Shown piece by piece: positions 38,925 to 46,643 of a stretch of 46,643 nucleotides of DNA. This stretch comes from Candidatus Eiseniibacteriota bacterium (GTDB lineage: Bacteria > ARS69). The position numbers and the translations under genes were made by a program. A model generated the notes under the pieces. That model saw only the letters and a list, made by a program, of their open reading frames with translations, was not told where the DNA came from and searched no databases. The DNA is taken from assembly GCA_052390515.1 (NCBI GenBank), contig JBQTGV010000086.1, positions 1 to 46,643 on the forward strand, written 5' to 3'. Within the stretch, counting starts at the first letter, position 1, and the number at the start of each line of letters is the position of its first letter.

Positions 38925-39572
38925 TTACTGGTACAGGGCCTTGATGCCGCCCCAGGTACTCTCTTCGACTCCGACGACCGTCAGGAACACGTCGCCGTTC
39001 ATCTGCAGGTCATACCCCGTCGGCGAGACGCCGGCAAGGTTCGCGCCGAACGTCCAGCCGTTCGTCGCGGAAAGCAGCGGATACACGTCGCCGCCCGTGA
39101 AGTTGAGCGTGCCCGTGAAGCTGCCCGACTGCGTGATGTTGTTGTAGGTCAGCGTGAAGTCGGAGAAGAACCCGTCCAGGTACGTGGAGATCCCGTCGGA
39201 GAACGTCGAGGGCGACGTTCCGTTCGGCGGATTGACCCCGTAGTTCCCGTTCGAGGGGAGCCAGTCCACGTAGATGGTGAAGAGGCCGCCCGTGTACCCG
39301 ACGACACGCGTGCCGGAGATGTTCACCTCGCCCACCGAAACGAGCTGGCGGACGTGGAACGTGTACGAGTAGTTCGCAGTGTCCCACACGAGCGGGACGT
39401 CGATGTCGTTCAGATCACCGACTGCCTGCAGCTGGTCACCGGCGTTCGACGGCGGGAACCCGCCGGTCTCGAACGAGTGACCCGACACGTGCAGGATCTG
39501 ACTCGCCTGCGCGAACGCGTTGGTGGCCACGGCGAGAGCAGCCACGGCCAAGAGCGTAGTAACTTTCTTCAT
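38925..39572 (-). CDS. Secreted protein with C-terminal TWGGIKALYQ motif; paralog of 38239..38892
   Basis: Sec signal MKKVTTLLAVAALAVATNAFA, tail VEESTWGGIKALYQ, GAGG RBS. Confidence 0.88.
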   Translation of the reverse strand: MKKVTTLLAVAALAVATNAFAQASQILHVSGHSFETGGFPPSNAGDQLQAVGDLNDIDVPLVWDTANYSYTFHVRQLVSVGEVNISGTRVVGYTGGLFTIYVDWLPSNGNYGVNPPNGTSPSTFSDGISTYLDGFFSDFTLTYNNITQSGSFTGTLNFTGGDVYPLLSATNGWTFGANLAGVSPTGYDLQMNGDVFLTVVGVEESTWGGIKALYQ

Positions 39573-39934
39573 GCTGCATTACCTCGCGAACGACGTTTGT
39601 CGGAAGCAACACCACTCAGCGATCGCCGAGTCGATACCGGTAGTAGCCTAGGTTCCGGTTCTGCCTCCTAGCAACAACGTGCATTTCCAACGGACTCGAG
39701 TCCCGTCGATGCCGGCCTTACGAGAGGTGAATCGGCCCCCATCGACTGCGTGCAGCTTAACAGGGCGAAGCCCCACGAATCAATGCTTTCGATGAATTCT
39801 TCGCGTCCGGAGAAGAAAACTCCGGAAGCGCGCGAACGGAGCTCCCGCGGGGAGTCGTCGCCGTACATGCTGCCCGAATCTAGCTGTCTGACAAGTGCGG
39901 CCCGCGGCTCCGGCACACCGCCGAGAATGCCCAG

Positions 39935-42900
39935 CTAGCGGAGTCTCAGGAGCTTGCGGTTCCAGACCTGACCCTCGGCATTCAATCGGACGAAGTAGAC
40001 GCCCGCGGCCACCGGCGCCCCGAGGCGGTCCCGGCCGTCCCAATCCACGCGGTGGACCCCGGCGGACAGGCCGCCCTCGAGCAGGGTGGCCACGGCCCGC
40101 CCCCGGAGGTCATAGACCAGGAGGGCCACGTCCGACCGCCCGGCCAGGGCGAACTCGACCGCCACCTGACCCCTCGAGGGGTTGGGCGAGGCGGCGAGGA
40201 GCCCGCAGCGCGCCGGGGCCGGCGTGGAGGCCTGAGCCGAGGTCGTCACCCCGTTCAGAAACAAGGTCAGGTCGCCGCTGGCGCGGTTCACCGCGGCGAC
40301 GTCCAGCACCCCGTCCCCGTTCCAGTCGCCGCCGACGACGCCGTAGGGCATCGACCCCGCCGGCAGCGTCGTGCCCGCGTCGAAGAGTCCGCCACCCTGG
40401 CCCGCGAAGACGGTCACCGTGGATCCGCCGCTGTTCGCGGTCACGAGATCCAGCCGGCCGTCCCCGGTCACGTCCCCGCCCCACAGGCCGTGAGGCTGGG
40501 CCCCGGCCGGAAGCGTGACCGCGGGGGCGAAGTGCGCTCCGTCGCCCAGGCTCTGCAGCACCGACACGCCGCCGCCGACCCAATCGGAGCTCACCAAGTC
40601 CACCCAGCCGTCGCCGTCCGTGTCCCAAGGGAACGTCGCGACGGGAACGCCGCCCGTACCGAAAGACCCGACGGACGCGAAGCCGCTTCCCGACTGGTAG
40701 TGGAGTGCTTCCATCCGACTGTTCGCCGCATCCACTGCGACGATGTCCAGATCCCCGTCGAGGTCCAGATCGGCGACCGCCAGATCCACCGGCGAACCGC
40801 CCACCGGAATCGGGCTCGAAGCGGGAAAAGCGCCCGAGCCATCGTTCCAGAACACGCGGAGGCCGTGCGGGCCGACCTCGGCCACGGCCAGGTCGATGTC
40901 TCCGTCCCGATCGAAGTCCCCGGAGCGGAGCGCGAAAGGCGCACCACCGGTCGAGAGCGGCGTGCCCGCCGAGAAGCTCGCGCCGCCGGAGTTCAACTGG
41001 ATCGACACGGACATGCTCACCGCGTTCGCCACGGCGACGTCCACGTGGCCGTTGCCGTCGAGATCGGCTGCGCACAGCGCGAGCGGCCCGGTCTGCGCCG
41101 CGAGCGTCGCCTGCGTGATCGGGAGCCCATCGCCCGCTGTGAGCAGGAGAGTGACGTCGGCGGACAGGTAGTTCGCCACGATGAGGTCGCTCGCGTGGTC
41201 GCCGTCCAGATCCGCGGCCTCGACCGCGACCGGGTCGACACCGGGCAGCGGGAAGCTCTGCGCCACGAACGCGATCGGGGCCTGCGCACCCTCGGTCATG
41301 AACTCGAAGACGTGGCCCGGGTGCGCGACACCGTCGGTCGACTGAAGCAGTCCCGATCCGTTCGAGACCACGCTGACGATCTCCCCGGGGACGAACGGGT
41401 CATCCGGCGTCAGGACGACGGCCTTCTGCGACCCGTTCCAGACGGCCGTGGCCGTGTGCGGCCCGGACTGCGCTCCCTGGACCTCGAAGGCCGCGGAGCT
41501 CACCGACGCCGGGTCCAGGTCGGTGCTGAAGAAGATCGTCACGTCGTTGTCCACGGGCGTGCCGGTCCAGTTGCTCGAGGGAGCGGTGGAAACGACCCGG
41601 GGTGTCGGTACCTGCTCGTAGAAGAATGCCACCTTGGTGACCGCGAAGCCCGCCACCACGTCGATGTCTCCGTCGAGGTCCCAGTCGGCGGCCCCGATGG
41701 AGTGGCACTGAATCCCGCCGGAGTGCAGCGGCCCGGCGGTGAAGCTGCCCGCGCCGTCGTTGTCCATGACCAGCCAGCCGTTCGCTCCCCGCACCGGCAC
41801 GACCGCGTCCAGGTCGCCGTCGCCATCCACGTCCACGGAGTGGATCCCGAACGGGAAGGAGGAGGCGATCCCGTATCCGACGACCGGCTGGAACGTGCCG
41901 TCTCCGTTTCCGCGAAGGAAGCTCAGGTCCTCGCTCAGCGAGTTGATGGTGACGAGGTCGACGAGCCCGTCACCGTCGTAGTCGCGGGCGTCGACGAAGT
42001 TCGGGCTCTGCCCGACCGGAAGGAGCGGCTCCTGCACGTCGAAGGCAGCGTTCCCGTCGTTGAGGAAGACGCTCACGTCGTGCGAGTAGCCATTGCAGCA
42101 GGCGAGGTCGACGTCCCCGTCGCCGTCGAAGTCGGCGCCGTCCACGAACCTCGGGCTGTCGGCGAGCGTGCCCGCGGAGTACTCCACGCACGCCGCGAAG
42201 GTCCCGTCGCCCTGGTTCTCGAGCACGCTCACGCTGTGGCCGTTGAAGTTCGCCAAGGCCACGTCGGTGTCGCCGTCCGCGTCCAGATCGGCGCCGAACG
42301 CGCCGTAGGGCGTGGTTCCGTTCGTGACCGGGAACGCGGTCAAGACGAACGCGCCGGTGCCGAGGTTGCGGAATACGTCGAGGGTGTCGCCGGCTCCCGC
42401 GCAGACGATGTCCGGCAGACCGTCCTCGTCCACGTCGGCCAGGATGCTGTGGCGGGGGAGTGGGTGCGTCGCCAGGCTCGCGAACGGGAAGAGCGTGCCG
42501 GATCCGTCCGAGCTGAGCACGGTCAGCGAATCGGGGACGACGTTGGCGAACACCGCTTCGGGAAGGGCATCCCCGTCGAGGTCGCCGACGGTGCAGGACA
42601 GGGCGATCGAGCCGATGGGCCAGCTCGTCGGGGAGGTCGTGAAGCTTCCGTCCGGCATGGGAGCGGTCCACGCGGCGAACTGGAAGTGGTGTCCGTTCGG
42701 GAGCGACATCCCCGCCAGGTCCTTGACGCCCTTCGTCACGGTCACCAAGACGCGCTCACCGGGGAGGAAGCTCTGGGCGGGATCGAAGGTGAGCCGTCTT
42801 GCGGCGGCGCTCCAAGCGAGCGATCCCGTCAGCTTGCCGCGCAGGTTGGTCGTCACGAGGAGATTGTCAGCGTTGATCGTGGACGCATTGATCGGGCCGG

Positions 42901-43069
42901 AGAAGCTCACGGTGATGTTCGACGCGAGCGGAACGCCGACGGTTTGATCGACCGGCGACGTCGCGGAGATCACGGGGACCGCGCCGGCCTCCGCCGCGAG
43001 CAGCACGAGGGCGACGATCGGTATCGCCTGGACAAGTGATGTCACGCTGCCGCGCGAGAAGCGAAACAC
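39935..43069 (-). CDS. Secreted Ig-like (Big_5) + FG-GAP/VCBS repeat protein with FlgD-Ig C-terminal domain
   Basis: Two P....GVP....I.V.FS Ig modules, about 14 D(L/F/W)DGDGxxD repeats, tail PNPSRG...YDLRGR.V..L...WDGRD..G.PVAAGVYFVRL. Confidence 0.92.
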   Translation of the reverse strand: MFRFSRGSVTSLVQAIPIVALVLLAAEAGAVPVISATSPVDQTVGVPLASNITVSFSGPINASTINADNLLVTTNLRGKLTGSLAWSAAARRLTFDPAQSFLPGERVLVTVTKGVKDLAGMSLPNGHHFQFAAWTAPMPDGSFTTSPTSWPIGSIALSCTVGDLDGDALPEAVFANVVPDSLTVLSSDGSGTLFPFASLATHPLPRHSILADVDEDGLPDIVCAGAGDTLDVFRNLGTGAFVLTAFPVTNGTTPYGAFGADLDADGDTDVALANFNGHSVSVLENQGDGTFAACVEYSAGTLADSPRFVDGADFDGDGDVDLACCNGYSHDVSVFLNDGNAAFDVQEPLLPVGQSPNFVDARDYDGDGLVDLVTINSLSEDLSFLRGNGDGTFQPVVGYGIASSFPFGIHSVDVDGDGDLDAVVPVRGANGWLVMDNDGAGSFTAGPLHSGGIQCHSIGAADWDLDGDIDVVAGFAVTKVAFFYEQVPTPRVVSTAPSSNWTGTPVDNDVTIFFSTDLDPASVSSAAFEVQGAQSGPHTATAVWNGSQKAVVLTPDDPFVPGEIVSVVSNGSGLLQSTDGVAHPGHVFEFMTEGAQAPIAFVAQSFPLPGVDPVAVEAADLDGDHASDLIVANYLSADVTLLLTAGDGLPITQATLAAQTGPLALCAADLDGNGHVDVAVANAVSMSVSIQLNSGGASFSAGTPLSTGGAPFALRSGDFDRDGDIDLAVAEVGPHGLRVFWNDGSGAFPASSPIPVGGSPVDLAVADLDLDGDLDIVAVDAANSRMEALHYQSGSGFASVGSFGTGGVPVATFPWDTDGDGWVDLVSSDWVGGGVSVLQSLGDGAHFAPAVTLPAGAQPHGLWGGDVTGDGRLDLVTANSGGSTVTVFAGQGGGLFDAGTTLPAGSMPYGVVGGDWNGDGVLDVAAVNRASGDLTLFLNGVTTSAQASTPAPARCGLLAASPNPSRGQVAVEFALAGRSDVALLVYDLRGRAVATLLEGGLSAGVHRVDWDGRDRLGAPVAAGVYFVRLNAEGQVWNRKLLRLR

Positions 43070-43164
43070 GCTCGGAGTGCCCTCCGCGAGCGGAGCCGTA
43101 CCCAGAGAGATCCCGCTGAGCCCGCCCGGCTGCGAGGGGGGAGCGGCACGAAGCGAGTCCCGCC

Positions 43165-43193
43165 ATCATAGGGAGCGCTCCCTCGAGGATCAA
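43165..43193 (-). promoter_or_regulatory. sigma70 promoter with palindromic spacer
   Basis: TTGATC-N17-TATGAT on the minus strand; perfect palindrome AGGGAGCGCTCCCT at 43170-43183. Confidence 0.65.
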
Positions 43194-43256
43194 GGGGGCT
43201 GCCCGCTGCCTTGCCCGGGCCGTCGAAAGGCCGGACCCGGGGAGTGCCCTCCTCGG

Positions 43257-43454
43257 CTAGAGGTAGGGGAGCATCGTCTTCACTCGCTGCTCGTCCCCGG
43301 TCTCGAGGAGGCCGGACTTCCGCAGCTGGCGGATCCGCTTCGAGGACTTTTTCGTCAGGATGTGGTTCTTGAAGCCCCGCTTGTGGCGGATCTTGCCGCT
43401 CGCGGTCTTGCGGAAGCGCTTCGCGGCGCTGCGGTTGGACTTCATCTTCGGCAT
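43257..43454 (-). CDS. rpmI: 50S ribosomal protein L35
   Basis: MPKMKSNRSAAKRFRKTASGKIRH...HILTKKSSKR.RQLR...MLPY. Confidence 0.96.
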   Translation of the reverse strand: MPKMKSNRSAAKRFRKTASGKIRHKRGFKNHILTKKSSKRIRQLRKSGLLETGDEQRVKTMLPYL

Positions 43455-43473
43455 TTCGTTCTCCGCGCGATCA

Positions 43474-43689
43474 TCAGAGGCGATTGTGCTGGAGCACCTT
43501 CTCGCAGCAGGCGAGGGCATCGGCTTCGGTCTTGTAGCGCATCCCGCAGACCCGGCAACGGTTGGGTCCGCCGATGCGCCCCTCCTCGACCGCTCTCTTG
43601 AGGAGGAGTTCGTACGTGCTGTTCGCACGGTCTTTCTGCAGGACTGCCGATTCCTCGTCCCGAATCATCACCGTCTCCTCCTCCATCAT
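43474..43689 (-). CDS. Small Cys-rich (CxxC...CC) putative zinc-binding protein
   Basis: GGGGAG RBS, 71 aa, RCRVCGMRYKTEADALACC, located between rpsU and rpmI. Confidence 0.7.
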   Translation of the reverse strand: MMEEETVMIRDEESAVLQKDRANSTYELLLKRAVEEGRIGGPNRCRVCGMRYKTEADALACCEKVLQHNRL

Positions 43690-43794
43690 GTCTCTCCCCA
43701 CACCGCGAAACGTGACGGCGGCGACCCTCGCGAAGGGCCGCCTCGAATCCAGATTCGTGCTTCGGGCTTCCAGAGTCCTCAAAGTTCCCGCTCC

Positions 43795-43980
43795 CTATCC
43801 CTTGCCGGACCGGCGCCGCTTGGCCGCTTTGAGCTGCTTCTTACGCTTTCTTTCGGAAGGTTTCAAATACCGTGAACTCTTCTTGATGTCCTGGATGATC
43901 CCTTCCTTCTCGCACTTCTTCTTGAAGCGCCGGATGGCCTTGTCGATCGACTCGTTCTCCTTGACCTTGACGAGGGGCAT
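43795..43980 (-). CDS. rpsU: 30S ribosomal protein S21
   Basis: MP.VKVKENESIDKAIRRFKKKCEKEGI...YLKPSE.KRKK..AAKRR. Confidence 0.96.
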   Translation of the reverse strand: MPLVKVKENESIDKAIRRFKKKCEKEGIIQDIKKSSRYLKPSERKRKKQLKAAKRRRSGKG

Positions 43981-44032
43981 CCCCGCTGAGCCTGCCTTTC
44001 CCTACGAGTAGTTTCCGGCAATCGAACGCAGC

Positions 44033-44119
44033 AGTATGCGGATCCGGTGATCCCGTGTCAAGTCCCTGCGCCTCGCTCGGGCCTGCCAACTTGACGTGCA
44101 AACCCCGCGCGGACACTAT
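44033..44119. promoter_or_regulatory. Back-to-back sigma70 promoters (rpsU and sigma54 activator)
   Basis: Minus strand TTGACA-N17-CATACT (44061-44033); plus strand TTGACG-N17-CACTAT (44091-44119). Confidence 0.6.
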
Positions 44120-44154
44120 GATCGTGGATTCCGACACAGGAGACGGAGGCCGAA

Positions 44155-45669
44155 ATGGCAGAAACGCGGTGCCTCCTCGTCGGCCCGTTCCCTGACTGGG
44201 ATCGAGTCGAGCGCGAGGCCACCCGGCGGGGCTGGACGGTCCGTACCGTCGAGTCGGGCGCCGAAGCTTTCCGGGCCCTCCAAGAGGACGACACGATCAT
44301 CGCCGTCCTCCTCCCCGCGGTGCTGCGCGACGGTCCTGCGGACAACCTGTTGCTGCGTGCGCGCAGCGCGGGGACGCGCGCCGAGTTCGTCGTCATGGCG
44401 GGGAGCGGCGGGAGGGAGGAGCGGGCCTCTCTCCTGGCCGAGGGCGCGGACGAGGTCTTCGAGCCGCCGGTCGATCGGGACCGGCTGCTCGGCAAGCTCG
44501 ACCGCCTCCGCGATCGCCGGCGTCTCATCGACGACCTCGGCATCGTCGTACGCAACCCCACCATGCTCGAGCTCTTCGAGCGCGTGCTTCGCATCGCGCC
44601 GCTCAAGGTCACCGCGCTCATCACCGGAGAGAGCGGCACCGGGAAGGAGCTCCTCGCGCAGGCGGTCCACCACGCTTCCGAGCGCCGCAACGGGCCCTTC
44701 GTCGCCGTGAACGTGGGGGCGCTTCCCGAGACTTTGCTCGAGTCCGAGCTGTTCGGTCACGAGCGTGGCGCGTTCACCGGCGCCGACGCCCGGCGTGTCG
44801 GACGCTTCGAGCTCGCCGACGGCGGCACGCTCTTCCTCGACGAGATCGGCGAGATGCCGCTCGCGTCGCAGGTGAACCTGCTGCGCGTCCTCGAGGAGGA
44901 GCAGTTCCTGCGCGTCGGAGGATCGCAGAAGCTCGCCGTGGACGTCCGCGTCGTCGCGGCCACGAACCGGGATCTCGAGGAAATGGTGCGCGAGGGCAAG
45001 TTCCGCCGCGACCTCTTCTACCGCATCAAGGTCGTGTCGCTGGAAGTCCCGCCGCTGCGCGAGCGCATGGACGAGATCCCCGTGCTGGCGCGAGCCTTCG
45101 CGGCCTCGGCGGCGAAGAAGCACGGCGTTACGTTCCCCGGATTCGCCAAGGACGCCATCGAGGCGCTCGTCGCGTACGAGTGGCCGGGCAACGTCCGCGA
45201 GCTCCGCAACCTCGTGGACGGGTTCGTGGCGCTTCGCCCGGAGACGCAGGTCCGCGCCTCCGACCTCCCGTCGTTCGTGACCCGCCCGCACGGATCGCGC
45301 CTGCTGCCCGCGCTCCCCGCGGACCGGAGCGTGGCCGAGCGGGAGTTCGTCATCCAGTCGTTGCTGGCGCTCCGCGCGGAAGTGGCCGCGCTCCGCGAGC
45401 TGATCCTCTCCGGCCGCGCGGGGACGGGAGGCGGGATTCCGTACCCCGCAGGCGCGGGAGCCGTCCCCATCTATCCCACCGGACCGGTCCGCGTCGAGGA
45501 GGCCGACTCCGGCGGTCTCGCACTGAAGGAGCTCGAACGGCGGACAGTCGAGCGCGCGCTGCGCGAGTCCCGCGGGAACCGCCGGCTCGCCGCGCAGGCA
45601 CTGGGCATGAGCGAGCGCACGCTGTACCGGCGGCTCAAGGAGTACGGGCTCACCGACGACGGCGGTTGA
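44155..45669 (+). CDS. sigma54-dependent enhancer-binding protein (NtrC family) with degenerate receiver domain
   Basis: [41 protein letters not shown], Fis-type HTH. Confidence 0.93.
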   Translation: MAETRCLLVGPFPDWDRVEREATRRGWTVRTVESGAEAFRALQEDDTIIAVLLPAVLRDGPADNLLLRARSAGTRAEFVVMAGSGGREERASLLAEGADEVFEPPVDRDRLLGKLDRLRDRRRLIDDLGIVVRNPTMLELFERVLRIAPLKVTALITGESGTGKELLAQAVHHASERRNGPFVAVNVGALPETLLESELFGHERGAFTGADARRVGRFELADGGTLFLDEIGEMPLASQVNLLRVLEEEQFLRVGGSQKLAVDVRVVAATNRDLEEMVREGKFRRDLFYRIKVVSLEVPPLRERMDEIPVLARAFAASAAKKHGVTFPGFAKDAIEALVAYEWPGNVRELRNLVDGFVALRPETQVRASDLPSFVTRPHGSRLLPALPADRSVAEREFVIQSLLALRAEVAALRELILSGRAGTGGGIPYPAGAGAVPIYPTGPVRVEEADSGGLALKELERRTVERALRESRGNRRLAAQALGMSERTLYRRLKEYGLTDDGG

Positions 45670-46643
45670 CCGGCGCCGCCTTTCCGGAAAGCGCGGCGTG
45701 CGCCGCGGCGAGCCGAGCCACCGGCACTCGGAACGGTGAGCAGCTCACGTAGTCGAACCCGATCTCGTGGCAGAAACCCACCGTCGCCGGGTCGCCGCCG
45801 TGCTCTCCGCAGATGCCGACCTTGAGCCGTGGCCGTGCGCTTCGCCCGCGCTCCGTGCCGATGCGCACCAGCGCTCCCACGCCCTCGATGTCCAGCGTCG
45901 CGAAGGGGTCCGCGTCCAGGATCTCGTTCTCGAGGTAGTGAGGCAGGAACGACCCGGCGTCGTCCCGGCTGATCCCGTAGGTCGTCTGGGTGAGGTCGTT
46001 CGTGCCGAAGCTGAAGAACTCGGCGTGCTCGGCGATGCGCTCCGCCGTCAGCGCGGCCCGAGGCAACTCGATCATCGTGCCGACGAGATACGGCACGCGC
46101 GTTTTCCGCTCCTTGAACACTTCCTCGGCGACGCGGCGCACGACGGCCACCTGCTCGCGCAGCTCGGCGGTGTGGCCCACGAGCGGGATCATGATCTCGG
46201 GGTGCACCGGGGTGCCCTCCGCCCGCACGTCGCAGGCCGCGTGCAGCAACGCGCGGACCTGCATCTCGGTGATCTCCGGGAAGGTGATCCCCAGCCGGCA
46301 TCCGCGGTGCCCGAGCATGGGGTTGGCCTCGCGCAGCTCCTCCACCCGGCGCACGATCGTCGCCGGCTTCTTCCCCAGCGAGCGCGCCACTTCCGCTACC
46401 TCGGCGGCGCCGTGGGGGAGGAACTCGTGCAGCGGCGGATCCAGTGTGCGCACCGTCACCGGGCGGCCCTGCATGGCGCGGAAGATCCCGGCGAAGTCCG
46501 CGCGCTGCATGGGCAAGAGCTTCTGCAGCGCGGTGCGCCGGCTCTCCCCATCCTCGGCCAGGATCATCTCCCGCATCGGACCGATACGCCCTTCGCCGAA
46601 GAACATGTGCTCCGTGCGGCAGAGCCCGATGCCTTCCGCCCCG
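45650..46643 (-). CDS. ppdK: Pyruvate, phosphate dikinase (C-terminal part; 5' end outside window)
   Basis: [83 protein letters not shown]. Confidence 0.96.
   Translation of the reverse strand, partial: GAEGIGLCRTEHMFFGEGRIGPMREMILAEDGESRRTALQKLLPMQRADFAGIFRAMQGRPVTVRTLDPPLHEFLPHGAAEVAEVARSLGKKPATIVRRVEELREANPMLGHRGCRLGITFPEITEMQVRALLHAACDVRAEGTPVHPEIMIPLVGHTAELREQVAVVRRVAEEVFKERKTRVPYLVGTMIELPRAALTAERIAEHAEFFSFGTNDLTQTTYGISRDDAGSFLPHYLENEILDADPFATLDIEGVGALVRIGTERGRSARPRLKVGICGEHGGDPATVGFCHEIGFDYVSCSPFRVPVARLAAAHAALSGKAAPVNRRRR

Noticed and set aside
39669-39690. sigma54 promoter for the TWG genes (minus strand ttggaaatGCACGttgTTGCt)
   Set aside because: The GG-N10-GC geometry is not met: AT occupies the -24 GG position.
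39668-39916. 82-aa ORF in the intergenic region
   Set aside because: No RBS or motif, and atypical codon usage; treated as non-coding.

Overview
High-GC (~70%) bacterial chromosomal window with no mobile element, rRNA, tRNA or CRISPR array visible. Gene content suggests an FCB-group candidate lineage such as Eisenbacteria, Krumholzibacteria or Latescibacteria; this is an inference from the FlgD-like C-terminal domains, TWGxxKALY tails and Bat operon. The window is dominated by envelope and secreted proteins: two paralogous YVTN beta-propeller proteins (the complete one is di-heme), a BNR/Asp-box propeller and an FG-GAP/Ig protein. The three complete large proteins end in a FlgD-Ig/T9SS-like C-terminal domain. 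Also present are two tandem secreted proteins ending in TWGx(I/V)KALYQ, three predicted outer-membrane barrels, a complete moxR-DUF58-bat operon, CtpA, HEAT-repeat proteins, an AmpG-type MFS, a two-component system, a Ser/Thr kinase with TPRs, rpsU-(Cys-rich ORF)-rpmI without rplT, a sigma54 activator with a degenerate receiver, and partial ppdK. Main highlights: (i) a full-length, apparently exported homologue of eukaryotic tripeptidyl-peptidase II that lacks both exopeptidase glutamates and lies head-to-head with a DUF1028 Ntn-hydrolase; (ii) a candidate C-terminal sorting signal (TWGxxKALY) coexisting with FlgD-type tails; (iii) an orphan rpmI. Family calls come from motif recognition and recalled sequences, not database searches.
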